This document shows, in pieces, positions 9,607-18,766 of a stretch of DNA of 64,000 nt. The DNA comes from an uncultured Alphaproteobacteria bacterium (GTDB lineage Bacteria; Pseudomonadota; Alphaproteobacteria; Rhizobiales; Xanthobacteraceae). A program made the position numbers and the translations under genes. The stretch is from contig CAVPQA010000033.1 of assembly GCA_963707175.1 (NCBI GenBank), forward strand, positions 30,443-94,442. Direction: 5' to 3'. Each line of letters begins with the position of its first letter. Within the stretch, counting starts at the first letter, position 1. The notes under the pieces were generated by a model. That model saw only the letters and a program-made list of their open reading frames with translations. It was not told the origin of the DNA and did not search any database.

Positions 9607-10160
9607 AGCGTACCCTTCACCGCGAGCGGCAAGCCTGCCACCATAAGCACGACGCGATCGGCGCGCGCCGCCATGCGCTGATTGAGTACGCCGTGCGCGT
9701 CGCGGAACTTACGCCCGAGCGGATATTCCGGCACGATTCCTGAGCCGACTTCGTTGCTGACCAGGACGACGGGCGCCGACGCCGCATCGAGCGCACGCTC
9801 GAGCCGGGCGATCTCCGCGTCGATCGCCGCCTCCCCCAGCATCAGATTTGATAGCCACAGCGTCAGGCAATCGACCAGCACCGGCATCGGCTGCGCCAGC
9901 AGCACCGCCTCGGCGAGTTCGTGCGCTGCCTCGACGGTCTGCCACGACGGTCCGCGCCGGGCCCGATGCGCGGCGATGCGGGCTCGCATTTCCTCGTCGC
10001 CGGGCTCCGCCGTTGCCACAAAAACCCAAGGCGGATTCCAAGCCGGCGGCAGGGCTGCGATCAAGCTTTCCGCATAACGGCTCTTGCCCGAGCGGGCGCC
10101 GCCAAGAACGAGGGTTATCGGAGCTGTGGCCAATTTCCAGTCGTCCGAAATTTTTGGCAC
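9603..10160 (-). CDS. cobU: Bifunctional adenosylcobinamide kinase / adenosylcobinamide-phosphate guanylyltransferase (CobU; CobP)
   Basis: 185 aa with P-loop LVLGGARSGKS, then VDCLTLWLSN and SNEVGSGIVP. The start GTG 10160 is uncertain because the IS lies 10 nt upstream. Confidence 0.85.
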   Translation of the reverse strand: MPKISDDWKLATAPITLVLGGARSGKSRYAESLIAALPPAWNPPWVFVATAEPGDEEMRARIAAHRARRGPSWQTVEAAHELAEAVLLAQPMPVLVDCLTLWLSNLMLGEAAIDAEIARLERALDAASAPVVLVSNEVGSGIVPEYPLGRKFRDAHGVLNQRMAARADRVVLMVAGLPLAVKGTL

Positions 10161-10170
10161 GGAAATCTAG

Positions 10171-11009
10171 AGCCTGTCTTCAGTTGAGCAAGATGATAGC
10201 GGACGCGAGCTGCAGTCCGGCGAGAAAATTTCTGGCAAGTTTGTCGTAGCGTGTGGCGATAGCGCGAAAGTTCTTGAGTTTGTTGAAGAAACGCTCAACG
10301 AGATTGCGTTCGGCATAGAGTGCCAAGTCGCATTCGCGCTTGATCTTGCGATTGGCCTTGGGCGGAATCACCGGGATAATGTCACGTGCAGCGAGCTTGT
10401 CGATCAGCGGATCGGCATCGTAGGCCTTATCGCCAATTAAAGCCTTTGGCGCGACACCGTCAGTCAATGGCTCTGCGCAAGCCAGATCGTGGGCTTGCCC
10501 CGGCGTGAGCATCAAATCGACGGGATTGCCCAAGGCGTCGACGAGGGCGTGAATTTTGGTGGTCAGTCCGCCGCGGGATCGACCGATCGCTTGTTCGCCG
10601 TTTTTTTCGCGCGCCGGCGCTGTGCTGATGCGCCCGCACGATGGTGGCATCGATCATCATGTATTCGTTGTCGTGGTCACTGGCCAACTGCTTGAAGATG
10701 CGATCGAAAACGCCACTCTTCGTCCATCGACCAAAGCGCTGGTGGACGATCTTCCAGTCGCCAAAACGCTCGGGCAGATCACGCCAAGGAATGCCGGCTA
10801 GATACCTGTAGAGAACAGCTTCAACGAACAGCCGATTATCGGCCGCGGTGCCGCCGACGTGGCCTTCGCGGCCAGGCAGAAAATCCTTGATCCGATCCCA
10901 CTGGTCGTCGCGTAATGCGTAGCGCCGCATCGGTCAGCCCCTCCTTTAGGCCGACCGCCCATGAATCACTCAATTGCTGATTTGGGAATCCCCTAACTGA
11001 ACACAGGCC
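10171..11009 (-). mobile_element. IS5-family (IS427-group-like) insertion sequence, 839 bp
   Basis: The terminal inverted repeats AGCCTGTCTTCAGTTGAG (10171-10188) and the reverse complement of 10992-11009 match at 14 of 18 positions. CTAG flanks both ends (10167-10170 and 11010-11013). It encodes a DDE transposase in two frames. Confidence 0.85.
10180..10930 (-). CDS. IS5-family transposase, orfA (10460-10930) plus orfB (10180-10650)
   Basis: orfA reads MRRYALRDDQWDRIKDFLPGREG...IDATIVRAHQHSAGA. orfB reads NGEQAIGRSRGGLTTKIHALVD...DKAYDAD...NLVERFFNKLKNFRAIATRYDK. The frames switch at an A7 run (10601-10607), with orfB in the +1 frame. Confidence 0.85.
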
Positions 11010-11213
11010 CTAGTCCGCGACATTTCAACTATGACAAAAGAGCAGGCAAAGGAAATCTTCGTTCAGCCGCCGACGAGGCAACGGGAGAGTGAAGTGCAGC
11101 TCACCGACGAACAAATCGCAGAAATACGTCCCCGGCGCCGGAAGAAAGGCCGGTTTACGTTTCGCTGATTGATGCCCAAAGTCGCCTCGGCGCGGGACGA
11201 AAATAATCCGGCG

Positions 11214-11243
11214 TTGACAAATCTGTCCGCGCCGCCGTTAACT
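11214..11243 (+). promoter_or_regulatory. Putative sigma70-type promoter of the riboswitch-controlled cob operon
   Basis: TTGACA (11214-11219), an 18-nt spacer, then TTAACT (11238-11243). The implied transcription start falls at about the first base of riboswitch stem P1. Confidence 0.4.
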
Positions 11244-11249
11244 GTTGCC

Positions 11250-11430
11250 ATCGACGGTCCCTCGTCAGAGGGCGAAAAGGGAATGCGGTGCGGGACTCCT
11301 GTTCCTAATCCGCAGCTGCCCCCGCAACTGTGAGCGGGAAGTCTCGTCCACATGCGCCACTGGCGGCTGTTTCGCCGCCGGGAAGGCAGGGCGAGGCGCC
11401 GATCCGCGAGCCAGGAGACCTGCCGTCGAT
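11250..11430 (+). promoter_or_regulatory. Cobalamin (B12) riboswitch aptamer
   Basis: P1 pairs ATCGACGG (11250-57) with CCGTCGAT (11423-30). Conserved core AAAAGGGAATGCGGTG...TCCGCAGCTGCCCCCGCAACTGTGAGCGG is present, along with the B12 box GCCACTGG (11356-63), GGGAAGGC and AGCCAGGAGACCTGCC (11409-24). Confidence 0.9.
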
Positions 11431-11583
11431 CCGAGGTCGACGCGACAAACATCGGTCGGGGTGTACCGGTGGATGATCCAAAAGACCCCGACTCTACCTT
11501 CCCGCACGCGGGGAAGGGTAGGGTGGGTGCTCTTGGTCCTCGCTCGCGCCGGCTGCAGACGGCAGGTCACGCGAGGACCCATC

Positions 11584-12654
11584 GTGCTCAGAATCCTGCG
11601 TATTGCGGCCGATGACACGTCGGCCAATCGGCGCGCCAAGATTTTCGCCATCTACGGGCTTTTGCTCGCCGCCAATGCGGTGATCTGGACGTGGGCGGTG
11701 ATCGTACTCGCCGACCAGCCGGCGCTCCTCGGCACCGCGGTGCTCGCCTATGTGCTCGGGCTGCGGCACGCCGTCGACGCCGATCACATCGCCTCGATCG
11801 ACAATGTCGTGCGCAAGCTGATGCAGGAGGGCAAGCATCCGTTCTCCGTCGGCCTGTTCTTCTCGCTTGGCCATTCGCTCGCCATCACGCTCGCGGTCGC
11901 CGGTATCGCGGCCGCGGCGTTCGCGCTGGCCGGACGTTTCAGCGAGCTGCAGGCGATCGGCAGCGTCATCGGCACCGGCGCGTCGGCATTTTTTCTGCTC
12001 GCCATCGCGGTGATCAATCTCGTCATTCTGCGCGGCGTGTGGCGCAGTTTTCGCGCTGCGCGGCGCGGCGAACCGGTCGCCGAGCACGAACTCGACGCGC
12101 TTTTGTCGGGCCGCGGCTTTCTCGCCCGCATCTTCCGCCCGCTGTTCCGCATGGTGTCGCATAGCTGGCAAATGTTTCCGGTCGGCTTTCTGTTCGGACT
12201 GGGTTTCGATACCGCGACCGAGATTACGCTGTTCACCGTCTCGGCAAGCCAGGCCACCGGTGGCATGAACTTCGGCACGGTGATGATTTTCCCGGCTTTG
12301 TTCACCGCCGGGATGACACTGGTCGATACCACCGACAGCGTGCTGATGGTCGGCGCCTATGGCTGGGCATTCCTCAATCCGATCCGGAAGATCTGGTACA
12401 ACCTCACCATCACGGCGATTTCGGTCGTCGTCGCGCTCGTGATCGGCGGTGTCGAGGCACTCGGCCTGATCGCCGGTAAACTCGGTCTCGAAGGCGCGTT
12501 CTGGGATTTCATCGGCGCGCTCAACAGCGGGCTCGCCAATTTCGGCTATCTGGTCGTCGGCATTTTCATCGCCAGCTGGGCGATCTCGTATCTGCTCTAC
12601 CGGTGGCAGGGCCTCGACCGCCCGCTCGCCGACCGCGCCCCGGTGTCGCCATGA
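11584..12654 (+). CDS. High-affinity nickel/cobalt permease (NiCoT/HoxN family), probably a cobalt importer
   Basis: NiCoT signatures RHAVDADHIASIDN and GLFFSLGHS, with multiple TM helices. GTG 11584 has GAGGA 6 nt upstream. An alternative ATG at 11473 would lie inside the riboswitch expression platform. Confidence 0.8.
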   Translation: MLRILRIAADDTSANRRAKIFAIYGLLLAANAVIWTWAVIVLADQPALLGTAVLAYVLGLRHAVDADHIASIDNVVRKLMQEGKHPFSVGLFFSLGHSLAITLAVAGIAAAAFALAGRFSELQAIGSVIGTGASAFFLLAIAVINLVILRGVWRSFRAARRGEPVAEHELDALLSGRGFLARIFRPLFRMVSHSWQMFPVGFLFGLGFDTATEITLFTVSASQATGGMNFGTVMIFPALFTAGMTLVDTTDSVLMVGAYGWAFLNPIRKIWYNLTITAISVVVALVIGGVEALGLIAGKLGLEGAFWDFIGALNSGLANFGYLVVGIFIASWAISYLLYRWQGLDRPLADRAPVSP

Positions 12655-13061
12655 CGACTTTGACCGAGAACAATGCCGACTCTGCCGCCAAACGCACCGC
12701 GGCGCCGGTCATCTACGTCTGCATCACCTGCCGCCAGGCCGGCGCGCCTGACCGCGAACCGCGTCCCGGCGCGCTGCTTGCCGACGCGACCGAGCGCGCG
12801 GCCGCCGGCACGGAAATCGAAGTCCGCCGCCTGCGGTGTTTTGCCAATTGCTCGCGCGGCCCAAGCGCGGCGCTGCGCGCCAACGGCTCATGGACCTACG
12901 TGTTCGGCGGGCTGGACGAGACATGCGCCGAAGCGCTGGTCGTCGCTGCCCGGATGATGGCGAGCGCCGCCGACGGCATTCTGCCGTGGCGCGGCCGGTC
13001 CGGAACGATTGAAGCGCGGCTTGATCGCGCGCGTGCCTCCTATCGGCTTCACAGAGATTGA
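12651..13061 (+). CDS. DUF1636-family Cys-motif metal-binding protein of cob clusters; the 3' end is probably frameshifted
   Basis: ATGA overlap with the permease stop. Cys motifs CITCRQ and CFANCSRGPS. After about nt 12999 the +1 frame reads PERLKRGLIARVPPIGFTEIDP and stops at 13066-68, overlapping the cobW ATG. Confidence 0.65.
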   Translation: MTTLTENNADSAAKRTAAPVIYVCITCRQAGAPDREPRPGALLADATERAAAGTEIEVRRLRCFANCSRGPSAALRANGSWTYVFGGLDETCAEALVVAARMMASAADGILPWRGRSGTIEARLDRARASYRLHRD

Positions 13062-13064
13062 CCC

Positions 13065-14114
13065 ATGAATGATCGATCAATGAACGGTTCGCTCGCGCGC
13101 GTTCCCTGCACGATCGTCACCGGCTTTCTCGGCGCCGGCAAAACGACGCTGATCCGCCACGTGCTTGCGAACGCGAAGGGCCGCCGGCTCGCCGTCATCG
13201 TCAACGAGTTCGGCGACGTCGGCATCGACGGCGAAATTCTCAAAGGCTGCGGTAACGAAGCCTGCCCGGAGGGAAACATCGTCGAACTCGCCAACGGCTG
13301 TCTATGCTGCACGGTGGCCGACGAATTCGTGCCCGCGCTCGATGCCATTCTGGCGCGCGAGGGTGTCGAGCACATCGTGATCGAAACATCCGGCTTGGCG
13401 TTGCCGAAGCCGCTGGTGCAGGCGTTTCATTGGCCGGCGATCAAGAGCCGCGTCACGGTCGACGGCGTCGTGGTCGTGGTCGACGGCGCCGCGCTTGCGG
13501 ACGGGCGCGTGTCGGCGGATCTCGACGCGCTGGCGCAGCAGCGCGCCGCCGATGCGGCGCTCACCCATGACGACCCGGTCGAGGAAGTGTTTGAGGACCA
13601 GATCGCTTGCGCCGATCTCGTCGTGCTCAACAAGCGCGACTTGCTCGATGAAGCGGGCATCGCCAAGGCGCAGGCGGCGATCTCCAGCGCGCTGCCGCGC
13701 AGCGTGAAAACGATCGCGGTCGCCGACGGCAAGGTCGATGCGGCGCTGCTGCTCGGGCTTGGCGTCGGCACCGAGGACGATATTGACAACCGCCGCACGC
13801 ACCATGACGATGAGGCGGAGCATGACCATGACGATTTCGATTCGTTCGTCGTGCCGGTCGGCGAGATTGCCGATCCGGCGGCGCTGGCCGCGCGCATCGG
13901 CGCGTTGGCGGAAAAATTCGACGTACTGCGGGTCAAGGGTTTTGTTCCGGTCGCCGGCAAGCCAATGCGCCTGCTGCTGCAGGCGGTTGGCGCCCGCGTC
14001 ACGCATCATTTCGACCGGCCGTGGAATGCGGGCGAGGCGCGTGAAGGCCGGCTTGTTGTGATCGGACTGAAAGGCATCGACCGCGCCGCGGTGACGCGAG
14101 CGCTTTTGGGCTGA
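13065..14114 (+). CDS. cobW: Cobalamin biosynthesis GTPase / metallochaperone CobW (COG0523, G3E family)
   Basis: P-loop VTGFLGAGKTTLIRHVL, CxCC motif GCLCCTV and a His/Asp-rich stretch HHDDEAEHDHDDFDSF. Located directly upstream of cobN. Confidence 0.9.
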   Translation: MNDRSMNGSLARVPCTIVTGFLGAGKTTLIRHVLANAKGRRLAVIVNEFGDVGIDGEILKGCGNEACPEGNIVELANGCLCCTVADEFVPALDAILAREGVEHIVIETSGLALPKPLVQAFHWPAIKSRVTVDGVVVVVDGAALADGRVSADLDALAQQRAADAALTHDDPVEEVFEDQIACADLVVLNKRDLLDEAGIAKAQAAISSALPRSVKTIAVADGKVDAALLLGLGVGTEDDIDNRRTHHDDEAEHDHDDFDSFVVPVGEIADPAALAARIGALAEKFDVLRVKGFVPVAGKPMRLLLQAVGARVTHHFDRPWNAGEAREGRLVVIGLKGIDRAAVTRALLG

Positions 14115-14121
14115 GCGAGCG

Positions 14122-17100
14122 ATGCATCTGCTCACGACCAGTTCGGCGACGCTCGACGAGATCGTCGAAGCGGTCGATCTCGGCCAGCCGCCGGGCGACA
14201 TCGCGGTGCTGTCGTTCGTCGACAGCGATCTCGCGGGGCTTGCGGCGGCGTGGGAAGCGGAACGCGAGGGTTTGCCCAGCGTGCGGCTCGCGCATTTGCG
14301 CGAATTGCGTCATCCGATATCGGTCGACCTGTGGATCGATCGCGTCGGCGCGCACGCCAAGGTCGTTCTGGTTCGTCTGCTCGGGGGCCTTGATTGGTGG
14401 GCATACGGCATCGAGCGGCTGTCGGTCCTGGCGCGCGAGCGCGGCATCGCGCTCGCCGTGTTGCCCGGCGAAGACCGCGACGATGCGCGCCTTGCCGCGG
14501 CCTCGACGCTGCCAGCCAAAGAACTTGATGTGCTGCTGGGTTATTTCCGTGAGGGCGGACGGGAAAATCTGCGCGCGATGCTACGCTGCCTCGCCCGCTA
14601 TGCCGGATGCGATCTGGAAGTCGCCGCACCGCAGGCCGTGCCGCGATGTGCCGGCTATCTGCCGGGCGAAGGCGCGATCGATCTGGAGCGGCTTGTTGAA
14701 AGGAAGAAAGAAGGGAAAGTCGTTCCCATCATTTTCTACCGCGCCATGCTGTTGGCGGCCGATACCGCGCCTGTCGACGCGCTGTGCGAAGCGCTGACGG
14801 AGCGCGGTCTTACGCCCGCCCCGCTTGTCGTCACGAGTTTGAAAGACGAGACGGCGGCGGAATTCTTGCGCGGCGCACTGGCGCGGCTCGATCCGGCGCT
14901 CATCGTCACCATGACGGCGTTTGCGGCCGGCAATGCCGGCGGCGAAACCGCGCTCGACGGGCCGGGCGTGCCGATCTTGCAGGTCATCAGTGCCACCACG
15001 CGGCGCGCGGCATGGCGCTCGTCGCCGCGCGGCCTCGGCGCCGCCGATCTGGCCATTCATGTGGTGCTGCCGGAACTCGACGGCCGCATCCTTGCCGGTG
15101 CGGTTGCCTTCAAGGACGCGCTGCCGGCACACGACGCGCTCGCCTTCGCCGCCGTGGCGAGCCGGCCCGAGGCCGATCGCGTTGCCATGATCGCTGACCG
15201 CATCGCGGCGCTGGTACGGTTACGCGCGCTGCCGCGCAGCGAACGCTGCGTCGCGCTGCTGATGCCGGAATATCCCGGCGCGCCGGGACGCAGTGGCTAT
15301 GCGGTCGGGCTCGACGTGCCGGAGAGCGTGCAGGTCTTGCTCGGCGATCTGGGAGCCGCCGGCTACGCCGTTGCCGATGCACCAAACAGTTCGCGTGCAT
15401 TGCTTGACGCACTGGGAGACGGCACTGCGGCGCTGACGTTTGCGCAATACGAAAACCTTTTGACGCGCGTACCGGAAGCCGCAATGGCACGCGTGCGTGA
15501 GGCGTGGGGCGATCCCGCTGCCGATCCCGACTGCCGCGACGGAGCGTTTTTCTTTCGTGCCAAACAATTCGGCAAGCTCTGGGTGGCGCTGCCGCCCGAC
15601 CGCGGCCGCAGCTTGGAGCGCCGTGCCGATTATCACGACCCGTCGCTGCCGCCGCGGCATGCACTGGTCGCCTTCGGGCTTTGGCTGCAGCACGTAGCTA
15701 AAGCGGATGCGCTCATTCACATGGGTGCACACGGCACACTGGAATGGCTGCCCGGTAAGGCGGTGGCGCTTACGGCGGAGTGCTTTCCGGAAATCGTCAC
15801 CGGGCCGCTGCCGGTGGTCTATCCCTTCATCGTCAGCAATCCGGGCGAAGCCGCCCAGGCCAAGCATCGTGTCGCCGCGGTGACGATCGGGCATCTGCCG
15901 CCGCCGCTGGCGAGCGCCGGGCTCTGCGGCGACGCCCGCGAGCTTGAACGCCTGATCGACGAATATGCACAAGCCGACGGACTCGATCGCCGCCGCCGCG
16001 AACGGCTGGCAAAGCTCATCGTTGAAACGGCGGAGCGCACCGGACTCGCGCGAGAAGCGGGTATTCCTTCCAACCCTCCCCCGTTTGCGGGGGACGGCAG
16101 GGAGGGGGTCGACGATGCCTTGCGCCGCATCGATGCCTGGCTGTGCGATCTGAAAGACCTCGCGGTGAAGGACGGCTTGCACGTTTATGGCCGTGAGCCG
16201 AAGGGCGTTGACGATCCGGCGTGGCATGCCAGCGCCGCTGCCGAGCGCGCGGCCGTGCTGGCGGCGCTCGACGCACGCCGCGTAAATCCCGGCCCGGCCG
16301 GTGCCCCGGCGCGCGGCCGCCGCGACGTGCTGCCGACCGGCCGCAACATGTTTACCGCCGATCCGCGCACGCTGCCGACACCGACGGCGATGGATCTGGG
16401 CCTACTCGCCGCCGGCGAAGTGGTGCGCGCGCACCTGCAGACGCACGGCGAGATGCCGCGGGCTATCGTCATCGATCTGTGGGGCAGCGCGACCTTGCGC
16501 ACCGGCGGTGAGGAGATCGCGCAAGGATTTGCGCTGCTCGGTTGCCGGCCGATCTGGGAGCCTGCAACCGGTCGGGTCACCGGGGTCGAAGTACTGCCGA
16601 CGGCCACGATGGGCCGCCCGCGTGTCGACGTGACGTGGCGCATATCCGGATTGTTTCGCGATCTCTTCCCGGCGCAGATTGCCCTGATCGACGCCGCCGT
16701 TCAGGCGGTAGCGGCGCGCGATGAAGATGACAGCGAAAATCCGCTGGCTGCGGCGCGGCGCGAGGCGGGCGGTGCGCGTCTTCATCGCATCTTCGGCAAC
16801 GCACCCGGAACGTACGGCGCGGGCGTCGAGGATTTGCTCGTCCGCGATACGGATCGAGACGCGATCGGCGGTGCGTATCTCGCCGCCGCCTCGCACAGTT
16901 ATGGCGGCGCAGCCGGTGAAGGCGCGGCGGCGCCTGGCGCATTCGCAGAGCGTGTCGCCGGCGCCGATCTGCTCGTTCACATCAGCGACGACCCCGGACG
17001 CGATCTGCTCGAAGGCGCCGAAGACGCGGCGTTCGTCGGTGGTTTTGCGTCGGCGGCGAAGCTCGCCGGCCGCGCCGTCGATCTGGTGATGCTCGACGTT

Positions 17101-17481
17101 ACCGACCCGCAGCGGCCGCGCGCTCGCACGCTGTCGGCGGCGCTCGCCCGCATCGTGCGTGCGCGCGCGATCAATTCATGCTTCATTGCCGGTCAGATGC
17201 GTCACGGCCCGCGCGGCGCCGCCGAATTTGCCGAGACGGTTGACCGGCTCGTCAACTTTGCCGAAACGACCGACGCGGTCGCCGGCGTGTTGTTTGATCT
17301 GTTGTATGAGGCGTATGTGGCGGACGCGGACGTGCGCGACTTTCTGCTGCGCGAAAATCCGCTAGCCGCCGCCGCGATTGCGGCGCGGTTAGACAGCGTT
17401 CGGCGGCGCGGCTTCTGGCATCCTCGCCGCAACGATGTGGATGCCGGGTTGGCGATGTTGCGTGCGGAGGCTGTGCCATGA
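14122..17481 (+). CDS. cobN: Aerobic cobaltochelatase large subunit
   Basis: 1119-aa uninterrupted ORF with CobN/Mg-chelatase H-like composition throughout, in the expected cobW-cobN-cobG order. Confidence 0.9.
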   Translation: MHLLTTSSATLDEIVEAVDLGQPPGDIAVLSFVDSDLAGLAAAWEAEREGLPSVRLAHLRELRHPISVDLWIDRVGAHAKVVLVRLLGGLDWWAYGIERLSVLARERGIALAVLPGEDRDDARLAAASTLPAKELDVLLGYFREGGRENLRAMLRCLARYAGCDLEVAAPQAVPRCAGYLPGEGAIDLERLVERKKEGKVVPIIFYRAMLLAADTAPVDALCEALTERGLTPAPLVVTSLKDETAAEFLRGALARLDPALIVTMTAFAAGNAGGETALDGPGVPILQVISATTRRAAWRSSPRGLGAADLAIHVVLPELDGRILAGAVAFKDALPAHDALAFAAVASRPEADRVAMIADRIAALVRLRALPRSERCVALLMPEYPGAPGRSGYAVGLDVPESVQVLLGDLGAAGYAVADAPNSSRALLDALGDGTAALTFAQYENLLTRVPEAAMARVREAWGDPAADPDCRDGAFFFRAKQFGKLWVALPPDRGRSLERRADYHDPSLPPRHALVAFGLWLQHVAKADALIHMGAHGTLEWLPGKAVALTAECFPEIVTGPLPVVYPFIVSNPGEAAQAKHRVAAVTIGHLPPPLASAGLCGDARELERLIDEYAQADGLDRRRRERLAKLIVETAERTGLAREAGIPSNPPPFAGDGREGVDDALRRIDAWLCDLKDLAVKDGLHVYGREPKGVDDPAWHASAAAERAAVLAALDARRVNPGPAGAPARGRRDVLPTGRNMFTADPRTLPTPTAMDLGLLAAGEVVRAHLQTHGEMPRAIVIDLWGSATLRTGGEEIAQGFALLGCRPIWEPATGRVTGVEVLPTATMGRPRVDVTWRISGLFRDLFPAQIALIDAAVQAVAARDEDDSENPLAAARREAGGARLHRIFGNAPGTYGAGVEDLLVRDTDRDAIGGAYLAAASHSYGGAAGEGAAAPGAFAERVAGADLLVHISDDPGRDLLEGAEDAAFVGGFASAAKLAGRAVDLVMLDVTDPQRPRARTLSAALARIVRARAINSCFIAGQMRHGPRGAAEFAETVDRLVNFAETTDAVAGVLFDLLYEAYVADADVRDFLLRENPLAAAAIAARLDSVRRRGFWHPRRNDVDAGLAMLRAEAVP

Positions 17482-18766
17482 ACGCTCCGCTCCGCCGCGG
17501 CGCATGTCCGGGCCTGTCGGCGCCGATGCAGACCGGCGATGGATTGTTGGTGCGCATGCTGCCGCTCGGCACAATGTCGCTTGACGCATTCGGGTCGCTG
17601 TGTGCGGCGGTGCGCGAGCATGGCAACGGTGTCATCGAGGTTACTGCGCGCGGCAGTATTCAGGTGCGCGGATTAAGCCAGGCATCGGCGCCGCGCTTCG
17701 CCGCCGCGGTTGCGGCGCTCGGCATCGCGGCGGGCGACATTGCGGTTCATGTCAGTCCGCTCGCCGGTCTCGAAGCCAACGAAATTCTCGATGCTGAAAA
17801 AATTGCCGCTGATCTGCGACGTGCGCTGGCCGAGCACGCGTTGGTGGCGAGGCTTGCGCCAAAGATATCCGTCGCCATCGATGGCGGCGGTCCACTGGGT
17901 CTCGATGGGCTTTCAGCCGACGTGCGGCTGCGCGCCGAACCTAAAGATGGTCGAGCTGTGCTGGCAGTGAGCGTCGGCGGCGATCGGCGCCAGCGCGACG
18001 CAGCTCGGTTTTGTTGCCCCGATAGACGCCGTGGCGACGGTCATGCGTATTCTCGAAACGATTGCACAACGTGGTCACGATGTTCGCGCGCGCGATGTTC
18101 TTGCGGCTGGGCGAGGCAGCCAATTCGCGTCGGCAATCGGTAGGGTGCTGCTCGGCGGGAAGCCAGAACTGCGATTCCCGCTTGCGCGGGAATGAGCGTC
18201 AGCCGCCGATTGCCGTGCACCGGCTGCGCGGCGGCTCGTTAGCGTGTGGTGTCGGTCTCGCCTTCGGGCATGCCGAGGCAACGATACTTGAAAGTTTGAT
18301 CGAAGCTGCCTCTGCAAGAGGAGCAAGCGGACTGCGGGCGGCGCCGGATCGGGCGTTGATCTTCAACGGATTCTCGCCCGACGCGCTCAGCGCGTTCGCC
18401 GCTGATGCCGAGCGGCTCGGACTTATTGTGCGCCCTGACGATCCGCGCCGTTTCGTTGTCGCGTGTGCTGGTGCGCCGATCTGTGCGTCCGCGCACATTG
18501 CCGCGCGCGCATTGGCACCGCGCATCGCGGCCGACTGTGCCGCCGCGCTGAGCGACAGGTTTACGATCCATGTGTCCGGCTGCGCCAAAGGCTGTGCGCA
18601 TCCGTCACCGGCCGCATTGACCGTGGTCGGCATGCCAGGTGGCTGTTGCCTTGTCAGCAACGGTGCTGCGCGTGATGCGCCGTTCGTAATGGTCGCGGCG
18701 GACCAACTGCCCGCTGCGCTTGCGCAGCATGCCTGTGCGACAACCCGCGAGGCGCATCATGTCTGA
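17478..18766 (+). pseudogene. cobG: Precorrin-3B synthase (CobG), reading frame broken twice
   Basis: Frame 0 gives MNAPLRRGACPGLSAPMQTGDGLLVR...AVSVGG up to about 17976-17990. Frame +1 gives GASATQLGFVAPIDAVATVMRILETIAQRGHDVRARDVL... and stops at 18193-95. Frame +2 gives RQPPIAVHRLRGGSLACGVGLAFGHAEA...HVSGCAKGCAHP up to 18766. Confidence 0.8.

Noticed and set aside
10601-10607. Canonical programmed -1 ribosomal frameshift on the A7 run of the IS transposase
   Set aside because: Translating the -1 frame from the slippery run reaches TGA at the 13th codon. orfB is in the +1 frame, so a standard -1 model does not fit this sequence.
11031-11168. 45-codon ORF (MTKEQAKEIFVQPPTRQRESEVQLTDEQIAEIRPRRRKKGRFTFR) just outside the IS right end
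   Set aside because: It has no recognisable RBS and no motif beyond a vague LTDEQ similarity to transposase N-termini. It may be a remnant or non-coding, and there is not enough evidence to call it a gene.
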